Source of the DNA: Carcharhinus longimanus
Lineage: Eukaryota
DNA: 62,529 bases
Assembly (NCBI GenBank): GCA_030264375.1
Contig: JASCQW010000162.1
Location: 42,790,411 to 42,852,939 of the forward strand
Direction: 5' to 3'
Both the position numbers and the translations under genes were made by a program. This document shows positions 37,243 through 49,652 of this stretch, in pieces. Positions within the stretch are counted from its first letter, which is position 1, and each line of letters opens with the position of its first letter. The notes beneath the pieces were generated by a model. The model saw nothing but the letters and a program-made list of their open reading frames with translations, ran no database searches and was not told the DNA's origin.

Positions 37243-37556
37243 ATCATAGAATCCCTACAGTGCAAAAGAAGGCCATTTGGCCCAACGAGTCTGCACCAAC
37301 CACTATCCCATCCAGGCTGTAAAGCCTTTAACCCTTCACATTTACCTTGCTAATCCCCTAACAGTCGGGTTAATTTTAGCATGGCCAATCAACCTAACCC
37401 ACACATGTTTGGACTGTGGGAGGAAACCGGAGCACCCAGAGAAAACACACGCAGACACAGAAATAATGTGCAAATTCCACACAAACAGTGACCCGAGACC
37501 AGAATCAAACCCAGATCCCTGGCAGCAAAACTAACCACTGCACCCCCATGCCGCAC
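37243..37556 (-). mobile_element. HE1-type V-SINE with CR1-like tail (type A)
   Basis: Reverse complement of the 35315 family: atagaatccctacagtgc..ggaggaaaccggagcaccc..ctaaccactg. Confidence 0.88.
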
Positions 37557-38437
37557 CATGATGTTAGGTGTAACTGGCTCAAAGTCAAATTCATAATGGA
37601 ATGACATAAGATAACGTCAAAGCACAATGAGGAACATTGTACATGCCAACCAGAAAAAGACTAATTTATGCCATCTGTCTGTTTCCTGATAGCCAGCCAA
37701 TTTCTATCCATGCCATGTTNNNNNNNNNNNNNNNNNNNNNNNNNNNNNNNNNNNNNNNNNNNNNNNNNNNNNNNNNNNNNNNNNNNNNNNNNNNNNNNNN
37801 NNNNNNNNNNNNNNNNNNNNNNNNNNNNNNNNNNNNNNNNNNNNNNNNNNNNNNNNNNNNNNNNNNNNNNNNNNNNNNNNNNNNNNNNNNNNNNNNNNNN
37901 NNNNNNNNNNNNNNNNNNNNNNNNNNNNNNNNNNNNNNNNNNNNNNNNNNNNNNNNNNNNNNNNNNNNNNNNNNNNNNNNNNNNNNNNNNNNNNNNNNNN
38001 NNNNNNNNNNNNNNNNNNNNNNNNNNNNNNNNNNNNNNNNNNNNNNNNNNNNNNNNNNNNNNNNNNNNNNNNNNNNNNNNNNNNNNNNNNNNNNNNNNNN
38101 NNNNNNNNNNNNNNNNNNNNNNNNNNNNNNNNNNNNNNNNNNNNNNNNNNNNNNNNNNNNNNNNNNNNNNNNNNNNNNNNNNNNNNNNNNNNNNNNNNNN
38201 NNNNNNNNNNNNNNNNNNNNNNNNNNNNNNNNNNNNNNNNNNNNNNNNNNNNNNNNNNNNNNNNNNNNNNNNNNNNNNNNNNNNNNNNNNNNNNNNNNNN
38301 NNNNNNNNNNNNNNNNNNNNNNNNNNNNNNNNNNNNNNNNNNNNNNNNNNNNNNNNNNNNNNNNNNNNNNNNNNNNNNNNNNNNNNNNNNNNNNNNNNNN
38401 NNNNNNNNNNNNNNNNNNNNNNNNTCCCCCCACACTC

Positions 38438-38563
38438 CATTGGCTGTGCTAAATTCTCCCTCAGTATCTGAACAGGCACCGGAGTGTGGCAACTAGAGGA
38501 TTTTCACAGTAACCTCATTGCAGTGTTAATGTAAGCCTACTTGTGACTAATAAATAAACTTTA
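38438..38563 (+). mobile_element. V-SINE 3' part with tail type B
   Basis: tgctaaattctccctcagt..gaacaggcaccggagtgtggc..gtaagcctacttgtgactaataaataaac. Confidence 0.85.
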
Positions 38564-38667
38564 CTTTTGGGCCACACACTACTGCAGACTCGGTCCTGTT
38601 GCTTAGGGCAAGGTTTTCAATGGGGTCAATGTGATGTACTTTTAAACTCCAATATAGCAGCAAATTG

Positions 38668-39072
38668 AAAGAAAGATGGATTTGCATTTATATAGCAGCT
38701 TTCACAACATCCCATGGTGCATCATAGGATATTTCAAGTGCGTTACAGCCAATGTAAATGATTGGAAGTGTAGTCACTGTTATAAAGTAGGAATGCACTC
38801 AAAATGCACACAGCAAGATCCCATAACCAGCAAGTTGACAATGGCCACATTGATTCTCTAGGATAAATTGTCTGGGACATTAGTGCAAATTCCATTGCTC
38901 TGCTTTGAGATAACACACCAAGATCTTTTACCTCCACCTGAGAGCAAATGGGGCCTCAATTCAGCATTATCCAAAAGAAAAGTACAGCACTGCACCAAAT
39001 ATTCAAGTCCCTGGTTGTGGACTTGAGCCCATGACCCATTGATTCAAAGGCAACAGTTTGACCCGCTGACCC
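38668..39072 (-). mobile_element. DeuSINE (SacSINE1/AmnSINE-like)
   Basis: The minus strand has a tRNA-like head (gggctcaagtcc), ctctcaggtggaggtaaaagatc, acagtgactacacttc and the tail gctatataaatgcaaat. Confidence 0.7.
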
Positions 39073-39296
39073 TTAGCTCACACTGCTGGACAGGTGGTGG
39101 CCAGACTGCGAAAGGCCAGAGAGTTAGAAGTTGGAAATCATTTCTTTACTAGTTGCTTTACTGTTTAGCACATTAGTTGTGCTCATTGTCACAGAAATCC
39201 CAGCAAGGATGTGGAGAACTAAAATCTTCCACCAGGCATTTTCAACTGCATCACAAAACAGGCCAACGTGATGCCCAGTAAAAAATTTAACCTCAC

Positions 39297-39504
39297 CTGA
39301 AGTATAGGCCACTAGTATTTTCCAATTCCTCAGCAACTGCACAATAGATAGTTGTCTGAGCTCCCTGCCACGGATTCTTAAAGGCGAGAACAGTTAAAGG
39401 TGCCAAAAGGATCTTCAACCATATCGACATAGTAGGGAAAAAATAACGCCCCAACTCAGTGTTCACTGCTCCAGGGTGCAGACAATTGGTAGTTATTCCT
39501 GTGC
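39297..39504 (-). CDS. Next (penultimate-type) exon of the same RDH11/12/13-like SDR gene
   Basis: Translates (G)TGITTNCLHPGAVNTELGRYFFPTMSIWLKILLAPLTVLAFKNPWQGAQTTIYCAVAEELENTSGLYF(S). HPG..TEL, GAQTTIYCAV and SG.YF are typical RDH12-family motifs. Acceptor ttttag| and donor AG|gtgagg. 208 nt, phase 1 start matches the upstream exon. Confidence 0.93.
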
Positions 39505-39984
39505 CTAAAATTGAGGAAAATATAATTATAAACACATGTGGAATATACAAGCATTTTTAAAAAACATGTTTGCTGAAAAATGCTTCCTTAGCAATTATGA
39601 TCATGTGGGCCTTTAAAACTGGTCAAACTTTGGCATCAATTGGAACAGTCATCATCAGGAAAGGAAGTGGAAATGTTTGAAGCATTCTTCAGAGTTTGGG
39701 GTTAAACAACGCAAGTCAGGGTTGAATGAAATGAACACCTCAATTTTTGCATCTGAACAAATATGGACCTGGAGGACAAAATTCAAACAACACACTGCAT
39801 ATTCCAACAGAGATCCTTCAACATGGTAAGGGCAAAACATGTCAATTATTGAAGTTAATTATATCCTAAAGGCCACTAACTTAACTTCTTAGTAATCTGC
39901 TCCCTGGCCCCCTCATTTCATAACAAAGACTCTCAAAGAATTTATTTGAGCTTTTGAAGACAGTGTATAGAATTACAAAGTATT

Positions 39985-40385
39985 CACAATATAGAAACAG
40001 GCCATTTGGCCCAGCTGGTCCATGCCCATCTTTATGCTCATGATCCTCCCTTCACCCTTCTCCATCTAGCCCCATCAACATTCCTTTCACCCTCATGTTT
40101 TTATCCCTCTGAATTTATCTCTGCAATTCACTTCCGTAGGCCTTTTGGTAGCAAGTTTCGCATTCCCACTACTCTTTGGATAAATAAGATTTTCCTGAAT
40201 TCTGTCATAGATTTAGTGACCACCTCATATTTATGGCCCTAGTTCTAGTCTTGTCCACAAATGGATACATCATCTCGGCATGTGCCCAATAAAACCTTTT
40301 CGTGATCTTAAAGGCATTTATCAGATCATCTTTCAAGTCTTATTTATGGGAAGGGAGCCACAGCTTGTTTAATCTTTCCTGATTA
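39985..40385 (-). mobile_element. CR1 LINE 3' end in the RDH intron
   Basis: atagaaacaggccatttggccc..cattcccactactctttggataaataagattttcctgaattc. Confidence 0.7.
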
Positions 40386-40411
40386 CTCTGCTTTCATTAT
40401 GCAACACTCAC

Positions 40412-40528
40412 CTTTTAATTTCTTTGCCAGTTCCTTGGTGAACAGGACATTGGCCAGCTTGCTCTGTTCGTAACCAATAGCAGGATTGTAGCAATTGTCC
40501 AAATTAATGTCATCAAAATGAATTTTCC
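40412..40528 (-). CDS. Internal exon of an RDH11/12/13-like retinol dehydrogenase (SDR7C-type short-chain dehydrogenase), catalytic YxxxK exon
   Basis: Translates (G)KIHFDDINLDNCYNPAIGYEQSKLANVLFTKELAKKLK, with an intact YxxSK motif. Acceptor tctcaaatgcag| and donor G|gtgagt. 117 nt, phase 1/1, no stops. Confidence 0.93.
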
Positions 40529-40699
40529 CTGCATTTGAGAAAAGAATTAAAATAACCAGCAACCCACATGTTGCCTCAGTCACTGATGAAATTAAATCAT
40601 AAAATTGGTTGAAGAAGTGAATGGGTTCAGTTAATGCCGCAAATGAGTTAACAAAGTTAATTAGTTTAAAACATACATTTGGTAAAGTTATAATTTACT

Positions 40700-42420
40700 C
40701 TTCCTGCCAAAATGCACAATTTCCCACATTAAATCCCACTTGCCAGATCTTTGCTCACTCACTTAACCTAGCTAGATCTTTTTGTAACCTTATGTCGTCT
40801 TCACAACTTACTTTTTCACCTATCTTTGTGTCATTAGCAAATTTGACAACCACCCTTCAACCCCTTCATCCAAGTTATTTATACAAGTTAAGGTCCCAAC
40901 ACTGATCCCTGTGGCACACCACGTGTTATATCTTACCAACCTGAAAAAGACACATTTATGTCTACTTTCAGCTTCCCAATATCCAGCCAGCCAATCTTCT
41001 ATCTGCGCCAATACCTTACTCCCTTTATCACAATCTTTTATTTTCCACAATAAACTATGATGTAGCACTTTATCAAATGCCTTTTGGAAATCTAAGTACA
41101 GTATATCCACCAGTTTCCCTTTATCCACAACACCTGTGACTCCTTCAAAGAGCTCCAATAAATTGGTTAAATATGAATTCTCTTTCAGAAAACTATGTTG
41201 AATTTGCTTGATTTTTTAAATTTTTCTAAGTGCCCTGCCAAAATATCTTTAATAATAACTTCCAACAGTTTTCCTATAGTAGACATTAAGCTAACTGGCT
41301 TGGAGTTTCCTGCTTTCTGTCTCCCTCCCTTTTTGAATAAATGAGTTACATTTACTATTTTCCAAACAAATTGAACCTTTCCTGAATCAAGGGGCTTTTG
41401 GAAAATTGAAACCAAAGCATCAGTTATCTCAGTAGCCACTCCTTTTCAGACCTTTAGACTTAAGTCCAAGATGATTTGTCAGCCCACAGCACTAACAATT
41501 TTCTCCAATTCCCTGTGATTTGTAATTTTTCCAAATTCCTCCCTTCAAATCCTGATTTCCAGCTATCTCTGGGATGTTAATTCTATCCTATGTAATGAAT
41601 ATGAATGTAAAATCCCTATTCATCTGCCATCTCCTTATTGACTATTATCAGTTCCCCAGACTCACTTTCTAGAAATCAATGTTTACTTTGTTAACTTTTT
41701 TTTAAAATATCTATAGAAGCTCTTACTGTCCAATTTTATATTTCCAGCTAGCTTTCTCTCAAACTCTAATTTTTCTCATTATTCTTTCAGTCATTCTTTG
41801 ATGGTCTTTCTATTGTATCCAATAATTGGACCTGCCACCCATCCCTGCACAATTATGTAACATTTATTTACCTTTGATGCTGTCTTTCTTAGTTCACCAC
41901 GGCTGGTGGATCTGCCCCTTTGATTTTTTTTTTCTTTTCATTGGGATGTTTCTATCCTGTGTACTCTGAAATGCCCCTTTAAATATCTGGCACCACATCT
42001 CTATTGACTTATCCTGAATCTAACTTGGCAAGTCACACTTTAACTACCTCTGCTTTGATACACTCATACCTGTCCATATTTAAGTTTAAAATACAAGTCC
42101 TGCACCGACTCTTCTCTCACTCAAACTAAATGTAATCTTCAATCACATTATGATTGGTGCTACCTCGAGGTGCCTTCACTATGGAGTTACCAATTGTACA
42201 ATGCAGGTCTAGTATAGCCTGCTATCTGGTTGGCTTCAGAATGTAGAGTTTTAAGAAACTATCCTGAAAACTTCCTGTGATCTCTTCATCCAGGCTACTT
42301 TTGTCCATCTGATCTTTCCAGCCTCTGTACACATTAAGATGTCCCATGATATTGCTGTATCTTTCTGATGAGCTCCTATTATATTTTCCTGGTCAACTCT
42401 TACGCTCAGTGCCATAGGAG
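40700..42420 (-). mobile_element. Decayed CR1 LINE ORF2
   Basis: NVTHLFKKGGRQKAGN.KPVSL and VDILYLDFQKAFDKVLH motifs, frameshifted. Confidence 0.9.
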
Positions 42421-42454
42421 AGGTGGTAATTGCTGCAGGAAAAAATACCCACCT

Positions 42455-42705
42455 GTGTCTCAACTTCTTTACCCAGCGAGTGGTGAATCTTGGGAATTCA
42501 CTTCCACAGGAAGTAATTGAGGCCAAAATATTGTGTGATTTCAAGAAGAAATTCAATATAGCTCTTGGGTTAAAGGGATCAAAGAATATGGGTGGGATCA
42601 GGATGTTGAATTTGATGATCAGCCATGATTCTAATGAATGGTGGAGCGGGCTTTAAGGGCCAAACGGCCTACTCCTACTTTTATTTTCTTTGAATGTTTC
42701 TATGT
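42455..42705 (+). mobile_element. CR1 3' terminal fragment
   Basis: NFFTQRVVNLGNSLPQEVIEA followed by the tail ggcctactcctact. Confidence 0.8.
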
Positions 42706-45700
42706 ATGTTTTCCTCAGAGCAGTGCAAAGGTGAAACAAATTTCTAAGTAAGTAGAACTTCAGAGTTACTTTTAACAATGCTTTAAAACGATTGCCCTCT
42801 CGCACTTCCAGCAGCTTCCGATTCCTTCTGTGGTATCAGTTTACTTTTCTTTGAGTCAACAAGTAGGCTTAACCAATCAAGCATGGTAAGCATTGATCAG
42901 TCATCAGACATTGCTAATCAAAGACAAGACATTTGAACACTGTACCTACTAGTGGAACCATGTCTGGGACTAACTGGTTTGTGTGGAAGCCTCAAAATCA
43001 GCCCTTTCCATAACACTTCCTGTAGACATTTTCGACTTGAAACAACCATGGAAAGCACCAAAAACTGATATAATGATAACAACAACCAAGATAAGTCAGC
43101 CAGTAATTAGTTAGTAAGTAGTTGATAATGTATTTCAATGGTCCTTGCGGTGGGGTGGGGGAGATTATTTTTGCCAAGCAACAGGCTCCAACAAGCCCAG
43201 TTTCATGGCCTCGAAATCTTCAAGGGAAAGGCATTAATCAATACCAACAGAGACTGGGAAACAAAGATTAAAATGGAAATGTGTATTTGCAATAGAACTG
43301 CAAACAGCCTCAAACCACACACAGTTGTGTGTATGCCTAAAAGCAATGGTGTAAGAATTATAATCTGTATTTTATCTTCATAATGGGGTGAAACATGAGT
43401 GTCACTCCTGTATTTTGTAGCAACAACACCAACATGAATCTCTGTAGAGATTTTGGAAGCTATAACTCAGTATTTGAATTGGGTATGTCATATATGTTTG
43501 GATGTGATGTCGGTATTTGAGACGCCTGCTGTATTTTAGTGTCAGCAATTAGGATACGCATCTGTTTCATTTTGAATAAACCCATGTGCCTAACCAACTC
43601 AATATATCAGGAATTTAGGTCTCCAAAGGCCAATTTGATCCAGCCTAGCTAACTCTATTCTGAATGTTGAGAACTGAAAATTTGACTGAGTTATATTTGC
43701 ACATAAGCAAGTATTCTAAGCACTTTAAGTCTTTTAAGTCTTTGTAAGCACGGTGTTCTTTGCTATGGTACAATGCTTTTCTTGTCAAATTTTTATGTAC
43801 CAGAATATATTCCCCAAGATAAATACTTCTTGTCACATTATTAGTCTGAATTACGTTTTTTGTCCCAAATGTACAAATCAGCTCTCCACACAAAGCATTT
43901 TTTCCCCCAGCTGTTTGTCATCTATTTGAAAGAGTGGTTTAAAATAAAGTGCATGGGGATTTACATGTGAAAGAAAAACTGAACTGGGTAATGTACCACA
44001 GTTTAGAGTTAAACTTACAAACCATTGATCCTTCCATTGGTTAATATCACTCACAATTTAAATCGGTTAAGGGGAGGGGAGGAACTCACCACTGCCAGTG
44101 TGGCCTTGACTGCTCAGTAATGTGTTATTAACATACTCCATCAGAGTAAAGTTTGTGAGCAGCTGTGTGCAAATGATTTTTTTGAAAGATCTGATATGTA
44201 TTTTAATTAACCTTAATGCAAAAAGAACAGCTGCAAAGATGAGTTAACTGCAAAGTATTGTGTTGCTGCAGTAAACAGTCATTATTAGATTAGATTTTAT
44301 AAGTGAACTCCCCTGGTACAAAGCTTCCTGCGACAGCAGTGCATACTGAGAATTTGAATGCAAAGGTCAATGTGTCCTAAATGGCTTTCCATCATGCAAA
44401 ACTTTGACCAAGAGCACTAATTTATAAAGTGTAGCCTTGGCTATTTTTGGAGTTTTTGCCTTAACATTTTTAGTGCAAGAGAGGGATATGATACGCTCAA
44501 CCAGACAGAGCTGTAGAATTGATATGATTTCATACCTACAATTCATTCAATTTGCTTCATTGGGATCATTCAAAAATATTTTTATGTAACCGATCTCTCA
44601 ACAATCTTTCAATATTTTAAATGTGGGTACGTTTATTCTACATCAAGATTTCAGAGCACACATGTATGCTTTTTCATGGTTCATCATGAATCCATAACCA
44701 TCTTGTTTCTATGTCATGGATAAATATGAATGCATGGCAGGCAACCATAAAATATCAAAACGATAAAATGAATATATAATCTGCAAGTAAAGAAACGTTA
44801 CACTACTTAAAGAGACCTATAAGCAGTGTTTGTTGTTCAATCATTGTGAAACATTATCTCTAACCCATGGTCATTCACCATGTTTATACCATGAAATTGT
44901 TGTGAAGTGGAACGTCTCCTGCAGTAAGGAACAGATTTGCATTTTTGTAAACCCTTCTTTTCTTGAAGATGGGGCAGTAACTGCCGAAGCAAGTAAATTG
45001 GCTCATGCGAAATTGATGTAGACTGCTCGGCCTCAAGAGGCCCTGAATAAATTGCGTGCTATTTTTATTGTGCAACAAGCATGATCAGTAACTAGTAGAA
45101 AAATATATATTTTATTGATAAAATTTGTAAAAGTACATTACATAACTTTAAATTTGACATCATATAATGTACAATGCAGGTCAATTATTTCAATGCAGTG
45201 CACGAGCTGCCTCATGACACTTGCCATTACAGTGTGTATTTACAACGTGAATTTCACATCAAACATTCTCTGGTGCTTACAGCCTGAAGGGTTTTATATG
45301 GTTTCCAGCCCCTTGGTAAGCTAAGGAGGGAGGGCCTTAGACCTTTCCCTGTTGATCTTTTGTGGTATGCCCCAAGCTACAGTGTGTCCCTCAACACTAT
45401 TGAATGGCTCACCAACACCAGTACCTAACATAAATTCACTGTTACACTGACGTGTCGCCACTGTGCTGTTAGAATCATTTGTACCACCTTTAAATCATAC
45501 TGAAGGGGGCCTGCCTGAAATATAAAAATGTCCTTCCGGAAGATTTGGTGTTAAACTGCATATTTGTAGAAGAAAAATAAATTACAGCAGACAGTAAGCT
45601 TTGATAGTGTGAGTTATTAGCTGAATTGCTGAAGTACTAGGTAGGGATTTAATTAATTCAAAATCCAAACTGCTTTATCAATTAGTGAAATGTGTTGTCA

Positions 45701-45896
45701 AGAATGGGAATTTTGGGGCATTGTGAGGTTTTTTTAAAAAAATACATTAGTGGTGCCTAGCATAATTTGTTTCAGTTATGTGATTTCCCTCAACTCAGTA
45801 GTTCAAGTTTAAATTTTCCAGAAATAACTACTTCTTTAATTTTTTAGGAGGGGCAAGTGTATATTCCATCAAAAAGTGTCATTTTATGAAGATTTA

Positions 45897-46017
45897 GGTG
45901 GAATTTTCCAGCCATGCTTGCCCCAAAACCGGAAAATCGTGCCCAAGGTCAACAGATCTTTTGCATGGTCCGCCTGCTCTGATTCCTATGGTGGATGGGA
46001 TCGGAAAATTCCCCCCT
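45897..46017. mobile_element. Short Harbinger-type MITE
   Basis: TIRs GGTGGAATTTTCC and GGAAAATTCCCCC, flanked by tta on both sides. Confidence 0.7.
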
Positions 46018-46389
46018 TAGTGTCAGATTCCAAGCAGCTGATGTAATGGCTGACCCTGGTTAACTTAACCTTATAAACTAATATCAAGTGTGGGATTTGT
46101 TTGTCTTGTGGATCTCGCACTAAGTCAACGGATCTGTTACTGATCCATCAAATTTTCTGTCAGGCCTTCCGTTATGATTCCCGTGGCACACAGCACTGGA
46201 AAATTCCACCATAAATGTCTATTTTCGACATTCTGGAGATCTACGTAAACTATAACCAAAGATTTTTTTTTAATTTAATGCATCTTGATTCTTATTCCAA
46301 TTCTGCCAAACAGGGATGCTGAAGATTCCTCTAGTTTCTCTCATTAGAATATCAGTTCTGAGAAAATTCTAAATTTACCAAAAATATAG

Positions 46390-48455
46390 TTGGCTTTGGG
46401 AGAGAAGAAGGCTAAGAGGAGATTTGGTAGAGATGTTCAAAACCATGAGGGGGCTGTTTGGAGTTGATAAGGAGAAACTGTCCCCGCTTGTAAAAGGATC
46501 AATAATGAGAGGGCATAGATGTAATGCAAATTGTAATATAAGCAAATGTGATGTAAATGGTTTGGGTCTGGAATGCACCTCCTAGAAGTGTGGTGGAGGC
46601 AGGTTCAATCGAGCATTCGAGAGGGCATTATATGATTACCTGGATAGAAACAATGTGCAAGGGTAGAGTGAAAAGGTAGGAAGATGGCACCAAATCATGA
46701 TGCTCGATATCAACAAAATGAAGGAGGTAGTCAGGAAGCATAGTGGAGGACATGCCCCAGTCCCCAGAGTGAAGTAGAAATGGTCGAGCGCTTTAAGTTT
46801 GTTGGTGTCCTGATCACCAACAACCTGTTCTAGTCCCTCCATCTGGATGCTATGGTTAAGAAAGCCCACCAATGCCTCTATTTTCTTAGGAGATAATGTA
46901 TATCATATATAAATGATTTGAAAGAAAATGTAACTGGTTTGATTAGTAAGTTTGCGGATGACACAAAGGTTGGTGGATTTGCAGATAGCAATGAGGACCG
47001 TTAGAGATTACAGCAGGATTTAGATCAGTTGGAGCCCTGGGCAGAGAGATGATAGATAGAATTTAATCCAGATAAATGTGAGATAATGCATTTTGGGAGG
47101 TCTAACACAGATAGGAAATGTACAGTAAATGGCAGAACCCTTAAGAGTACTGATAGGCAAAGGGATTTGGATATACAGGTACAGAGGTCACTGAAAGTGG
47201 CAATGCAGGTGGAGAAGATAGTCAAGAAGACATACAACATACCTGCCTTCAATCATTTTAATTTTAAACATTGGCAAGTCATGCTGCAACTTTATAGAAC
47301 CTTAGTTAGGCTGCACTTGGAATATAGCGTATAATTCTGAACGCCACACTACAGAAGGACGTGGATGCTTTGGAGAGGGTACAGAAAAGATTTACCAGGA
47401 TGTTGTCTGGTATGGAGAGCATTAACTATGAGGAGAAGTTGGAGAAACTTGGTTTGTTCTCACTGGAATGATGGAGATTGAGGGGCGACCTGATAGAAGT
47501 CTACAGGATTATGAGGGGCATGAACAGAGTGGATAGTCAGAAGTTTTTTCCCAGGATGGATGAGTCATTCGCTCAGGGGCATAGGTTTAAGATGTGATAG
47601 GCAAGGTTTAAAGGAGATGTATGAGGCAAGGTTTTTACGCAAAGGATGGTGGGTGCCTGGAACTCGCTGCTGGGGGAAGTATTGAAAGTAGATATGATAG
47701 TAATTTTTAAGGGGCATCTCAACAAATAAATGATTAGGATGGGAATGGAGGGATATGGTCCACGGGAGGATAGGGGGTCTTAGTTCACTCGGGTAACATG
47801 GTCGGTGCAGGCTTGGAGGGCTGAAGGGCCTGTTCCTATGCTGTAATTTTCTTTGTTCTTCAAGATTAAGGAAATTTGGCAAGTCGACTATGATCTCACC
47901 AACTTTTACAGATGCACCATAGAAAACATTCTTTCTGGTTCTATCACAGCTTGGTATGGTTCTTGCTCTGTCCAACACCATAAGAAACTACAGAGGATCG
48001 TGAATGAAGCCCAGACTAATATTCAAACCAGCCTCCCACTCATTGACACTGTCTACGCTTTCTGCTGCCTCAGAAAAGCAGCCAGTATAGTCAAAGATAC
48101 CACGCACTCCAGATGTACTCTCTTTCACCTTCTTCCATCAGAAAAAGATACAAAAGTCTGAGGCCACATATCAACCAACTCAAAAACAGCTTCCCCCTGG
48201 CTGCCCTCAGACTTTTGAATTACCGACCTTGCATTAAGTTGATCTTTCTCTACACCCTAGCTCTGACTGTAACACTACATTCTGCACTCTCTCCTTCCCT
48301 TCTCTATGTACAATATGGTTTGTCTGTATAGTGTGCAAGAAACAATACTTTTCACTGTATACTAATACATGTGATGATAATAAATAAAATAAAATCAATG
48401 CTTGTTTGGAGAGCCAATGCAGACACAATGGGCCAAATGGCTTCCTTCTGCATCA
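46390..48455 (+). mobile_element. Nested LINE cluster: old CR1 (46390-46705 and 48398-48455) contains Rex1 (46706-46893 and 47862-48397), which contains a younger CR1 (46895-47860)
   Basis: The inner CR1 has INDL..SKFADDTKVGG, KCEIMHFGRSN and LQLYRTLVRLHLEY. The Rex1 KKAHQCLYFLR|RLRKF is split by it. The outer CR1 tail resumes after the Rex1 tail. Confidence 0.85.
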
Positions 48456-49579
48456 TGACCTAAGTCTTATTGAAAGACTCAAATTCAAATAATACCTTTC
48501 ACAATGTCCAATGTGCATTAGAATCAATAAAATGCTTTGAAATGTAATCAATTTTGTAACGTAGTACTTAGGTTCTTGATTTCTTAAACAAATGTTTAAT
48601 ATATTAGTAAGAAATGTATCTGTGCCATAAAGATGTCAATTTGGTCAAAATAAATTATAATATTTACACTTTAACTCATTTAATGAAAATATTCATATAT
48701 GCAACTTTACTTCCAACAACTCAATATATTGTCAAGCTAAGCTTGAAAATTTACATTGATTCTAATGCTAATTCTATAATAATAGGTTTAACATGAGCTT
48801 CCTGACATCAAGTTCATAAAGAAAGCACAAAGCTTAAATGTCAATTAATTTATACAGCTTAGAAAGGTTAATTTAATGATGAAATGTTAAGCAGAGGTGC
48901 TAATCCATTTTATATAAAATGGGTTAGTGACTCCATTTAAAAAATGGATAAAGGAATTTCACATGAACATGCTGAGCATTTGTACATTAATATCCTACTG
49001 AATCAATTCAATGCCAAGCAAAAGGAGTTCTTAGGAGATTTTCTTTTAACACAATTTGTTATTAGAACACAGATTGCTTTACCGTAAGTGACTATTGAGG
49101 CTGAAGCCTAGATTTTCCGCTCAAATTACTCAGTGCCCAACTGTGAATCACGTGAACCTAGAAAGGAAAGTCTTTGGGAACAGCTCTATTAGCTTTTCAT
49201 TCTCTCCCGTTATTGCTGAGATTTTCTATTTTTGAGGCTGGGTAAGTACTCAGAACACATACATTTGCCACACATTACACGAATGGAAACGTGTATTTGT
49301 GTGGAGATGGTCAAAATATGTAATTTGATGCATTTTATATTAGCTGAGCCAGAACAACCCTGGGTGATATATTTTCCTGGTATTGAGTGTTGCCATGTGT
49401 GATGAGGGCAGGATTTTAAAGTAAAGGGCAAAAATGTTTTGAAATTGTCGACTCCTTTTAGAGTATTTAAGCTTTATCAGACAACAACTTTTATGATGTG
49501 TTAATTCTTGGGATGTTGTTGTTTCCTGGTAAGGTTAGCAGATATTATTCATCCCTAGACACCCTGGTGTTTCTGTTTG

Positions 49580-49652
49580 ATGTGGATATGCCGGCGTTGG
49601 ACTGGGGTAAACACAGTAAAAAGTCTGACAACACCAGGTTTTAGTCCAACCG
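49580..49652 (-). mobile_element. Penelope-like terminus running into an N gap
   Basis: aaaagtctgacaacaccaggttttagtccaaccg is identical to the 62410 copy. Confidence 0.75.

Noticed and set aside
37637-38492. Long ORFs of 255-272 aa, and similar ones at 49535-50065 and 52479-53016
   Set aside because: They are artefacts of translating through N gaps.
44920-45000. CP..K.EGF..MQ resemblance to the RDH CPxxKTEDGFEMQ exon
   Set aside because: It needs a frameshift and lacks GVNHLG and a proper donor, so it is probably chance.
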